A DNA stretch of 59,556 bases, filler included, from Sphacelaria rigidula (taxonomy: Eukaryota), in the NCBI GenBank assembly GCA_964200075.2. It is 7 parts of 7 records of this genome, joined end to end, with 100 filler letters (N's around TTAATTAATTAA, not from the genome) between each part and the next. Parts side by side here need not be neighbours in the genome. Positions count along the whole stretch, not along the records: positions 1 to 8,423 come from CAXNAA020011190.1; positions 8,524 to 16,946 come from CAXNAA020011191.1; 5 more parts are not named here. One strand, 5' to 3'. A model generated the notes under the pieces. That model saw only the letters and a list, made by a program, of their open reading frames with translations, did not search any database and was not told the origin of the DNA. Each line of letters opens with the position of its first letter. The first letter of the stretch is position 1. A program made the position numbers and the translations under genes. Positions 1 to 10,862 of this stretch are shown here, in pieces.

Positions 1-293
1 GTCGCCCATATGAGGCGCTTCATGCGGCCTGAACCCAAACATCAGGCGCTGCATGACCATTGTTTTCGTGACACTTTTGGGCTGGTTTTGGGGAGGAGCT
101 ATCGTAGATCAATTTGAAGCGGATTTGTCCTCAAGCAAGCTACTGAAGGCCTCAGTCGGGGGGGCATGCGACACCATACCGCATTCAAGCCTTGGTTATG
201 GGCACGCCGAAAAAATCGATTGATGACCCGTCGACGTTCCCGGGACTTCCGCCATTGATGTGTCCAATGCTGCCAAGCGTCCCTGACTTTTAC

Positions 294-3200
294 CTGGTCG
301 CTGTGCACTTTTGTGCCTTGGACGGCAGCGGGACCATTGGGAGGGTTTCGGTCGTCCTCGTGTACTTAGTTGCCCCGTTTCCTCGCTCACCATCACTTCT
401 CCCTAAGGGTAACTCCACAGGCTCATCCCCTCGCCCCAGAGCAATATTTCGCGAGGTCTCTTGCACCCGCAACAACGCCAAAATTCCTTGCCTGAGTGGA
501 CCGTTGCATGTATCCTCTAAACACGCACGAAATTGCGTCCTTTCGGCACTGGTAGGGGCGACAGGATCGTACGATCCCACATAACTTTCTCCGTGATCGG
601 CCTCGACACATCGAAAGAGTCGCTCCCCTGAGGTGTAGAGTTCGCGTCCCACCGCCGTCCGCAGAGACAGGACAAGGCGAGGGAGGTCCATACGAATGTT
701 CGACGGGACAGGCGGGGAGAACTGTTGCCTGGTACCATCCGTGCTGCCTGCGGCCTCGTCAACCCTGGCAGGGAGTGCTGCGTCCATGCATGAACGGAGA
801 GATTCGGCAGCACTTGGTATGTCAGCGCCACCGTTGTCTGGTGTGGTAGTGCTGCGTATCGAACATACTCTCCCAGTAACATCTGGCGAAGCATCTAACC
901 AAGGATTGTTCCCTCGCCCCAACGTCGGTGCATCGGTATCCGCCGTTTCGGGGCGCTCGAGAGGTGAGGTCTGAACAATAGCAGTACGAGTAGCAACGGG
1001 TGGTTTCGAAATTGACGTGCCATTGCAGGGATGATCTGCTTCCATGGATAATCTACAAAACGATTCGTTGTCGGCTTGCCAAGGTCCGCCCTGTCCTTGT
1101 ACGAAAGTTGAGCCTGTGCCATGCGCGGCGCGTTCTGCGTTGGTCGCCGTCCCGCAGCCATCTTCTACCTCACAAGCATCTTCTGGGACCTGCTCGTGTA
1201 AATCCAGTGCGGTCTCTCTCGCTTCTCGTCTCCCTTCATCGCCTGGACAACTACCGCTCAGGGCCAGTTGTGCCGGAGAAACCACCTGGCCTGTCGCCGC
1301 AGATATTGGCGTGCTCCATTCTTTACCCGACGGGGAGGTAGCGCAAAGCGTGGGAGCATTCACCCAGCACATGAATGATCGCAGTAGTTGCTTGCGGCGC
1401 ACTTTTCTGAATAATTTGTCGAGGCTGGCAGCCCCAAGGCGGAAGGATCGGTTTCGCATGACAAGCACTAGTTTATCCATGGCATTTAAGGCTATACGCG
1501 AGGTTTCCAGTTCTGTATCACGCCGACAGATGGCTCCACGAAGAGTCTCCGCCGCCTCCCTGCGCGGGTTGGGTAAGGTTAGGGTGATGGGAGTTCCCGT
1601 AGATGTTTCGGGATTCGCGCGGTGCGCAATCATTAATGGAGAGACAAAACACATGCGAGCGGACCCTCCTTCAACGGAAAATATGCGAAACGTTTGGAAA
1701 TGTTTTTGAATCAAAGTTGCGAGAGAGATTCCTCACAAATACGTTGATGCAAAGATATCTCTTGCATGGTGCATGAAGAGCATTTCAGTTGTGTACGCAG
1801 TTATTCTCAAGTATAATAGAAACATTCTCGGACACTACCATGAATATTGACCACGTACAGCCAAGCAAGGCACCTCCGGCCCCATCCCCCACCGATCGAC
1901 GATATACCACACGGTGCAGTAGTCTCGCAGACGTTCTTCTTCCTAGCACCTGTGTTTTTTGCCCATTCTTTCAGCGGCTTCAGCTCCTTCAACCGCAATC
2001 CTCGATTGCTCTTCGTGGTCCCGCAGCCCCGCCTCTGCGGCCAGCCTACGTGCTCGAGTTGCGGTAGCTCCTTCCCCATCCCGAGCTACCCTTGCCCATC
2101 CCCAAAAGCACCATTGGAGAAGGGACCCACGTGCCCTTTTTTCTGCTGCCGCTGCTACCCCCCCGCGGCGGCAACTTGCCGTTGCGGCCGCTTCGGCTAT
2201 GCCAGCACGGGATTGTCGGAGGATTTCGGCACGGCGTTGGCTGTCTGCCCAACGCCGTTCTGCATTTAGGATGTCTGCTTCCAGGGTAGCGATCGTGGCA
2301 TTATGCCCCTCTTGTACGCGTGTGTGCTAATTTTTTGGGTCGATAGGTGGAGGGCCATGCAAGGGTGCAGGTACGTAGCGGCGTGACCGCAAGCTTGAGG
2401 AAACATGAGGTCGCTTTGGTGTGTGCGCACAGGGTTACCGAAATATCTTCCACAACAGCTAGTCGCATGCGAGTCCCGTGCCTGAGAGAATATTCAGGGT
2501 TCGTGAGAGTGCCATGAGGGGTCTGATGCGTGTATATTGTGATCGACCACCAGGCATCAAGGAGCAATAGACTCATTCTCAACTCATGATGTGTTGGGTA
2601 ATCTGGACAAGCTCACCGTATTTGTGAGGTCATCTTCCACTGTCCAAGCCACCCAGATTCTGATCGCCCGGGTCAAAATCACCTTCCGCGCGCACCTCAT
2701 GGTCTGAAAAATGCGACCGGCCGCATCCTCCTTTTTTTGTCTCTGGAGCTTAATGCTGAGAATCACGCACTTTTGTCCAAGACTGAGAAGGTTAATATAT
2801 TGTGCGTGAGTAGGGAAGGACAGGGCGAGGTCACGATGGTTCAAAATGGCGTACGCTTACTCAGCAGCACGCGCTTGTTCAAGAACGATGAAAACGTCGT
2901 GCGCAGGGTTTTCGAAGGAGTGCCTGCAAGAACAGCCTTTCGCGCATGATTCAGTCCGACAGTTCTCGGACACGTCCACGAAACTACGCAGTGCCAACAT
3001 GACGCTGCTGGCAAAAACAACGCAGTGACCTCCCGTCCGTTCACCTACACTTCTTCTCTTTTCAAGCATTGAGCCAGCCACCTGTCACGTTGCTCTCGCA
3101 ACTGCGCTGCATGGCTTCGAACTTCACCAAGAGCAGCGTCGTGTCGCTCTACAGCATCCTTCAAGCGCCGCGATCCAGCGGCAGCTTTAATCCTCTCAGC

Positions 3201-4301
3201 TTCGAGATTTTGCCTCAGCCCAGCGACTTCTTCCACAGACTCCGCGAGGGAGCTCTGTACTGTAAGAAGTCGATGCCGTGCGTTGTCAACGTCACGCTGT
3301 AGACCCTGCCATAGATACGAGTGGGCGCGTTCGATACGCGGTAGAGAGAGTTATAACATGAGATGACGGTAAAGGGCGGTAGCATTTCCGCGGTATGCTT
3401 GAGCATCGCCCATGCGGTGCGGACCCTCTGCAAGAGGCCCCCTCGACATCTTCGTCAACATTCATACCGTGTAATAGGCTCGAACACCGTGTGAAACCCC
3501 GCCTCCCCTCAACATCTGACTGACACCCACGCCTAGTCGTTGCCGTCATCGCCGACATTGAAGCCATGCCCTACCGACCTGATTCACGGCGTCCTGCCTG
3601 CCAGCTTCTCGCCGCAGAGCGGTCGCTTCGCATTGCGCTCGCCTAGCCTGCTCTTCGAAGACACCACATCGATCTCTGAAACGGGATATTTCAGCCAAAG
3701 AAGACGGATCGGCCCGCTCGACTACCCGCGGACCCTTCGTCCTTAAAGACTGAGTTTCGGCCTGTAGTTGCAACACGCGATTGCGAGCAACGCGAGCTTC
3801 CCCGGTGGCAGCGATTAGCTGCCGCAGGAGGAAGAAGAAGGCACGGTGTTGACAGCGCACACAATGGCGAAAGGGTATTCGGTTTCTCGTTTCGTGAAGT
3901 AAAGATGTGAAGTATCAGCTCCTCAGCAAAAGATTTGGAAAAGCCCGTGTGTCACAGTTGCGGGGAACAGCTATTCATTTTGCACTCCCTGGACAACAGT
4001 ACTCCGTCTCGGAAGGGATGCGTGGTCACCGGTCAAAAGACCAAGGCAAGCAACGGATGAGTAAGCCCCCACCTGGACAAGAGTAACTCGAAGGACGTCT
4101 ACTACGATACTTCTGGGTCTACTTCTGTGGATGCCAAGAAGACGGCTCGCACGTGCGTTGCTGCTGCGACAGATTTCTACCGTATACAGTTATCTTGGTC
4201 GCCATTTTTGTTTTGTTTACCTGTTGTTGCAGTAGGTCGACGTGGTGGAGTGCGTCGGCTCTCTCTCCTTCCGCGGACGAAAGTTTCTGTCTTGACCTTT
4301 C
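294..4301 (-). CDS. Partial multi-exon gene: coiled-coil protein with Sfi1-like (putative centrin-binding) motifs and a long disordered C-terminal region
   Basis: Phase-consistent GT-AG exons: 4221-4301, 3579-3818, 3051-3254, 2617-2742, 1950-2326 and 294-1559 (ends at CAG|GTAAAA), plus a possible exon at 4545-4614. The joined frame is open and E/R/A/L-rich. The 3051 donor (GAA|GTGTAG) is weak. The gene is incomplete at both ends. Confidence 0.75.
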
Positions 4302-5019
4302 CTGAGTAAACCAGCACAAAGAGTGCGTGTTCAGAGTACATCGCCTGGGTGGTATATCTGGGCACTGTTGTGCGCTGGCTGTTCATGTTGGTGCTTATCT
4401 CATCAACACCAGCTACAGCCATAGTGATGGTCATGTATAGGGTAGTAGGTGCCTTTCTTGATGACAGCTATACATGTAAAAGACCGTCGGATTGAAACTC
4501 GTCGATTACTTAAAACACGGATCTTCTGATATTTTGTGCGTCACGTTAAGGTGATTACTGAAAGTGCTTTGCTGCTCAAGCTCCCTCGATGCGTTTTCCT
4601 TTCCCGCCGCGGGCCTATGATTACAGACAGGTTTTTTCCTAGCTCTGATCGGCTGTATCAAGCCTTGGCCTCAACTACACGTGGGGAAATGGTGGTGCAA
4701 AGACTCTGAAGTGATCGGTTTATCCGCGGTCTCAAGATGCTTAAAGTAAAAGGGGAATATAGGTGACGTTCCAGTAGTTTGTGGACCTCCGAAGCCGTGT
4801 TGAGTCCATGACCATGCGTCGGAATGTAGACAGTATCATGGACAAACATAAAAAGTGGGCAGGAGCCATGTCTCAAGTAATGCAAGAAGCAGGGCCGGCT
4901 GGGCCCGGGGCTGTCGCGGAGAATGAGAGCGGCGGCCAGTAAACCGCCGCCGGCGCAGTTCAATTGACTGCTCCAATGCGAACCAACACTATGTTATTGG
5001 GATGAAAGTTATATCACGC

Positions 5020-6200
5020 TAAGGATTGACTCAGAATACCGTGATACCTGTGGGGGACATCTCGCACGCAAGCGCCGCCGCGGAGCATTTGGCTCGTCCT
5101 GCAAGCCCTGGTTCGACTCAAATCGGGGGCGTCGTCGCCCAACCCCTGACCATCGATATCCCTAATATCATCCAGACCATCAATCAGCCCCAGGGTGTTG
5201 ACTTTCCCTGACAAAGTCAGGGATATGACAAGCTCAAATTAGCCCTGTTGGCTGAAATTCCTAAACTGCCTTCATCCTGAACTAAGAACATGCAATAACT
5301 TGTTTGCCCTTGTGGAGAGAGTGAAAGATTCGGTGCTTTCTATACCGTTGATGCTTGGTGATAACCACCCCTCACGTCCGACGCGAGGGTGGGACACATG
5401 TCTTCAGAAACACCTATAGAGAAATGCTCTCGCAGGGGCATCCGAGGCGTCCAATATTGTGGCTCGTATCGAGGACGCAATGTCAACAGCATTGCTGTTG
5501 CACACTGGTGGTACCCCGGAGCCGGAGGTCCAGGCGTTTCTTGTGCGGGTACTGAGCAGAAAACTCGGTACTATAACTCCTGATGCAACTTACGGGCGCG
5601 TATGGATCTCAGGGTGGCGAGGTGTTCGTTTTTTCGGGATATCTTGAAGACTTCAGCATTTTGGGGGGTAATGTGTAGTGCCTGGGCACCTAATTGACTC
5701 CGGACGAAGCGCAGGTACAACTGGCTGTCAAAACTGCCATTCAGGATCGATTCCCGGATATCAGTAGCCATGTGGTTGCCGCGCGAGAGGACTGCGCTCC
5801 CCCTTTCGAATTCCTGTAAATATTTACAAAACTTGACGATTTTCGGCCAAACACGATGCGGACGCGTATCCTTCGCCTTGTGCTCGAACGTAAGGTAGGA
5901 TCGGCTTGTGGTCGCTACCTCGACGAGCCTGGTCACGGTGGGTCTCATAGTGGAATCAAGAGAAACACCCGCTTGGCGTTTTTTTGAGTGAAATGGTCGA
6001 GAGTTCGAGGACACTTACAAGGTGGGGCAGGAAACGCCGACAGGGTTGGGCACATCAAAGACTCTCCGCATCATGGACCTTTTTCCCACCGGTCGAGTCA
6101 AGAACAAAGTCCAACAAGACTTTGGCCCTGAAGGTTTGAACTGCGACAGTGCCAGCCATACGTTGGCTCGCAACTGCCAATAATATTGTGGAACTAAATC
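5020..6200 (+). pseudogene. Possible degenerate LTR-retrotransposon gag remnant
   Basis: Protein-like fragments broken by stops and frameshifts (DEAQVQLAVKTAIQDRFPDISSHV) and a decayed zinc-knuckle-like GLNCDSASHTLARNC at ~6133-6177. Confidence 0.3.
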
Positions 6201-6447
6201 GGGTCTTATTTACCGCTCGATGGGTGGGGATATCAAGAGGAGGTCCACCAGAAATGGACGCGATGACAATGCTACCTACAATCGTACCTTGCCGACTATT
6301 ATCTTTCAGGGAATGACATCATAACTTGTGGCCGCTTGATCGGTAGCAACTTGAGCCGTTGAATTACGACGCTCGTCGAGCTCGGCAAGGTCGGTCGCGC
6401 TGAGGTTTCATCCCGCCGGAAAAAATGAAATCTCACCCGCGCGCGCT

Positions 6448-7012
6448 GGGTGTACTCATGATCTTGCATGCCGTATTCATATGACCATTGACCTCGCACC
6501 CCTGCAAAGCCAGGACGGAGCACGACGGGTTTTCGTCGGACCGGGCTCGCAATCAATCGCCAATCGCAAAGCGCCGTGATGTGTTCAGCGAGTCGCATGG
6601 AGGGTAGGCTGCATCCTGCTAAGACTGTTCGGCCCAAAGCGTACTGATTATCTTGCATTTGAATGACAGCCTCCAATGAGTGGCTTTATTCTGTGGTACC
6701 GCCACGTCCAGAGACAGCCACGGGTTCCACACTACCTCATGGGTGTCTCACCATTTGAACACTTCGTAGTATGATCATCCCCTTTGCACAGAATCGAGGT
6801 TCTCTCACGCCGCACGAAATCATCTAGCTCGGCGACCATCATACTTCCCGCGAAAAAAACCGCAAGCGCGCAAAACAAGAATGGTAACCTAGTTGCCTTG
6901 CTTGTGCAGTGAGTCACGTGTTTTACAGCGTCATTGCCAACAGATGCCAACCCCATCGGGGGGGCGTCCCTACAAAGCCGGGACGGAGAACGCCGGGTTT
7001 TCGCCGGACCAT
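6448..7012 (+). mobile_element. ~560-bp dispersed repeat of the G-run-TACTCAT terminus family
   Basis: Aligns along its length with an inverted copy at 41878-42440. Internal ~38-bp direct repeat CAAAGCCRGGACGGAGMACGMCGGGTTTTCGYCGGACC at ~6504 and ~6973. Confidence 0.75.
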
Positions 7013-8423
7013 CGAAGGCTAATGCGCGCGGGGGGTCGATGGAAGCCCCGATTTGGTTCGAAGAAGAGGGAGCGTATTAATGCCCCGGCGATTTATACGT
7101 GTGTCAATACTGGGGAAAACTATTGTATGATTGCTACTTCGTTTATATTTACAGGTGAGTTATTTCTTCAATTTATGACGAACAATATTCGGAGGAAAAA
7201 GTATAACGTAAAAATACTGATATATTCGAAGCATTCCTAGTTATTGGATTCAGCGTAGTAGTAGTAATTTATCGCTTTCCGACGAGGAGGGCCCTCTCGC
7301 AGTCGTTCGTCTTCCAAGCTTCTCGCTACCTGACTCGTCACTACAGAACTGGAATCAATCCTCTGAACCTCGTACCGCTACTTCTTGTTGCCTCTGCGCC
7401 AGTTCGTAAGGTGAATATGGCTGAATGAATTCGGGTGCGAAATGAGGCGAATATATTTTGTGTCGTGTTCAGCACGTGTTCAGCACGAGGAAGTCGGCTG
7501 TACGCACACAACATAGTCTGTAGCATTGTTCGCCTGGAGAAAAAGTGGGAGAGGCCAACGCAGAGCTTGTACTGTGGAGAAGGATAAAGTGTCCGTGGAA
7601 TGTGAGACCCCAGTATGTTTTGTATTTGAGTGAATGTTACATGCGGTATGATATATACGATCTGTGATCTCTTGACGCAAGTTTTCATATTGAAACAGTA
7701 CGAAAATGTTTATAGTCGACTGTAGCACCACGCAGTTAATTTACACATAACTTTAGCGTGACTTCAGCAAAAATCTGCGCCTGAAAGGCTTCACTCACAA
7801 CTGAAAAATAGGTGCTGGTCTCTTACCTGCAACGGCGGCTATGTTTTCTAAATGGGGGGGCAGGGATCCGAAATTCTAGTCTACGGACACCCTTGAACCC
7901 ACAAGAGGACATAAAACACCTCTGTAAATTACCCCACACATTCTGCATACGACTCCGTATCCCACGTTTCGTTCAATTACATCTTTGAATTCTTGCCCAT
8001 GCACCTAGATCCCCAACCACATGTACTTCCTCTGTCCCACAGAATGAGCCCGTTTGGAGGTTTTGCCGCGTTTCTCGTGCGTATTTTCGGCTTTTCCCGT
8101 GCGTTTTTTTGTTGTTCTCGTGAAGTTTTTGAGTAGAACTCGAAACCGAGGCTTTTGACGAGCCCCCAATAGACAAGCAGCTACACTCACAGCGATCAGA
8201 GTGTGTCGGTCGTGCACAACCGGAATCTACCGGTTGACAGCCTTTCCATCAATTTTTGGGGAAGCGTTTTTTTCATGGTTCCCGAGGCGTTTCGGAGAAC
8301 CGCCCGAAACCATCATTTTTCAGTCTGCCACCACCACAGCACTATTCCGTGTTACGCCGGGGGTTAGTGTCACGTTTCCCACCACCACCCCCAAAATGAA
8401 GACGCGACGGAGTCTAAGAAGTG

Positions 8424-8523
8424 NNNNNNNNNNNNNNNNNNNNNNNNNNNNNNNNNNNNNNNNNNNNTTAATTAATTAANNNNNNNNNNNNNNNNNNNNN
8501 NNNNNNNNNNNNNNNNNNNNNNN
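8424..8523. other. Artificial contig linker N44-TTAATTAATTAA-N44 (also 16947-17046, 25470-25569, 33992-34091, 42514-42613, 51036-51135)
   Basis: Identical 100-bp spacer with stop codons in all six frames, separating contigs of non-increasing length (8423 down to 8421 bp). Confidence 0.98.
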
Positions 8524-8573
8524 AACCATCAGAAGGTTACGAGGTTACCAACTGAGCCACCGGGGCGACCGCC
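8524..8573 (-). mobile_element. Truncated tRNA-derived SINE head (same family as 28170-28500)
   Basis: Reverse complement GGTCGCCCCGGTGGCTCAGTTGGTAACCTCGTAACCTTCTGATGG carries an A box and matches the head at 28450-28500. Cut by the contig end. Confidence 0.7.
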
Positions 8574-8745
8574 TTGGTGTGAGAGAAAATCGTTATCCAA
8601 CCGTGGGAGAATTACCCCTAAAACACAGGGTGCACAACTCATGCCCTTCTGGGCTGTTTGATTCAACGTAAGCCCCCGCCTCTCTGCAGGGCACAAAGTC
8701 CCCGGTTCACGGATGAGGGAAACGATCACAAAACATGTAACGCGC

Positions 8746-8850
8746 CTGTTTATTCGATGCGTGGCCTCGAGCCACTCCAGCTCGCTGAGCACTCCCTCCA
8801 GCTCGGGCGGAAAGGTATCCTCGTACGATGTGGACAAACCTATGCCGGGC

Positions 8851-8888
<38 letters not shown>

Positions 8889-10352
8889 AGAAAACGAGCG
8901 ATTTTTCAGCGGAAATGAACTACAGTACAATTCGAAGCAACACTTGACAGACAGAGTAGGGACGCGCTACGATCAAAGTTTGGAAGCTGTCAAGAGGATT
9001 TCATGGAACGACATCATACGCTAAACAGCGTTCGTCGCGTATGTTCGTAGAGTACATCTCGTCTAGTGCAGCAAGCTCACATGATCTCGAGGCGTCGCCA
9101 GAAACCAGTATTAGACTTTGTTGTTGCTTTCTGGAGACTAGCGCGCCCAGGCCCCACCTCGACCTGGAGGTCTGATTCAAGGGCAGGTCGAGTAGAGTAT
9201 ACTCAGTTGCGGAGTGTTTTGAAAGACGCACTTGAAGTACTCAAAATAGGGTAGAGTGTTGGGAGTCGTACCCAAAAAATAACTGGAAAGGGATTCCTAA
9301 AACCTTATCCCTACTTTGTGTACTCTGAAGTACGACTTTCACAATACCCCGCAATTGAGTATACTCTACTAGACCTGCCCTTGGTCTGATTGGTGCAACT
9401 GAAACCAGTTGATGTGAAAGGAGAGCGGGTTCGATTCCACCAGATGCGTTTTTTTTTTTCCTGAGAAGAACCTGATTTTCTGTCGTTAAGAACGCAAGGA
9501 CGTGAGTGGCACGAAAGTGGAAAAAAAGGGCGGCGCGTGCACTGCGCCAAGTTGACGTTTTTTTTTTTAGTGTGTTCAACTCCCACACTACCTCGAGCAA
9601 AGCCTTCCGAACGCTCGAGGCGGCCTAACTCATTTGACCGCCGCACGGTGGTCTAGCCAAGCCTCGGGGTAATCGGCACACGAAACCGCTCACGGGGTGA
9701 GTGTTGGGTGAGGTTTCCCTTCTCCTTCAAGGAAAAAATAAAAGTATATCAAAGTTTATTTGACGAGAATCGACGCGGTGCGGGACTGCTGATCCAACCC
9801 ATGGTACCAAAATGTAGGTGAAGCGTGCACCGGGATAAAGATGGTTGATGAGCCCTGCGAAGCCACGGACTCGCTCTGAGGGAGGGGGTGTGGGTATATT
9901 GTTTGCCTCTAGACTACAGTGACCAACGATATGATTGTCTGGGGGCATGATTGGTTGTAGTTCCTCCGCATCTGGAGGATGACGCACAACATTACAGTTC
10001 TAGGTCCCTGGTTTCCCGACCGGTGGCGCACACTAATTTAGTCCTCCTGTTGTATCCGACTACTTCTAAGGCAAAGTCTATCGCGCTCCTATTCATCATG
10101 ATCGCTGTGTGAGCGGATGACCGCGGAGGACCAGACGGGCATGTCCTCCTTGCCCCATAATAGGCGCAGAGCATCAACCAGGGGGATGGGCTGAGAGTGT
10201 GAAAGAAATATAGAGAAGGGCTCAGAAGCCCGATATTTCGTCGAAACCTCCCCAATGACCCAACCTTCACCTTGTTCGCCGTTTGCGTTGTCAAACATGG
10301 ATCCGGCCGGGTACACCGCGTCTAATTCGTCGTAGGCGCTTTTTGGTGATGA
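8746..10352 (-). CDS. Partial gene, Golgin A7/ERF4-like domain protein (two exons)
   Basis: Exon 8746-8839 encodes GLSTSYEDTFPPELEGVLSELEWLEATHRINR, resembling the ERF4/GOLGA7 FPxELxGxxxxxExxxxxxxIN motif. A phase-compatible upstream exon at 10265(or 10271)-10352 encodes SSPKSAYDELDAVYPAGSMFDNANGEQ. Confidence 0.55.
8850..8888. repeat. (CAA)n microsatellite
   Basis: About 13 perfect CAA units. A similar tract lies at ~48944-48969 and an (AGC)n tract at ~28901-28929. Confidence 0.95.
9160..9450 (+). mobile_element. tRNA-derived SINE head interrupted by the hAT MITE
   Basis: Removing the MITE and one TSD gives an A-box-like GGAGGTCTGATTGG followed by a B box GGTTCGATTCC (9428-9438) and a T-run. 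Confidence 0.5.
9178..9383. mobile_element. hAT-type MITE (206 bp) with an 8-bp TSD
   Basis: ~75-bp imperfect terminal inverted repeats (TIRs) starting CAAGGGCAGGTC and ending GACCTGCCCTTG. Perfect 8-bp flanking duplication GTCTGATT at 9170-9177 and 9384-9391. Confidence 0.9.
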
Positions 10353-10789
10353 CTGATGCCACGATAGCCCCCCCCCCAGAAGAAAAAAAAAGAAGTGGCT
10401 GATTTGAGAAGGCAATTTCTACATGTGAATAAAAATGACAAATGTCGAGCACACCGAGTAGCTGGAAACTCCTACGGTTGGGATTGTTCGAGCCAGTGTC
10501 TCCCACACGAGGCGCTTCACGCAGTCTGAAACAAGCAATAATACACCTTTTTTTTTGTTTCTCACACTTTGAACCCCTCCCATCCTCGGGATGAGTCCGT
10601 AGTTTCAAGGGATCAACCCATCTTTCCCATGGTACGTGCCTTTCATTTTGGTCTCGCGGATCGGGTCAGCATTCCCGCACCGCGTCAACTCACGCCACAC
10701 AAACCCCGCCGACTATTTCGTTTACTCACGTTCTCACGCTTTCNNNNNNNNNNCGGTGGAAATCATACATGACGAAGAAAAAACCCAAC

Positions 10790-10862
10790 GCATCGGGGAT
10801 CGAACCCCCGTTCTCTCCACCCTAATGGCGATAGTCGGACCATTACACCACCGGGGCCCGGC
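10790..10862 (-). mobile_element. tRNA-derived SINE head
   Basis: Reverse complement has A box TGGTGTAATGG and B box GGTTCGATCC at tRNA-like spacing, without a full cloverleaf. Confidence 0.6.
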
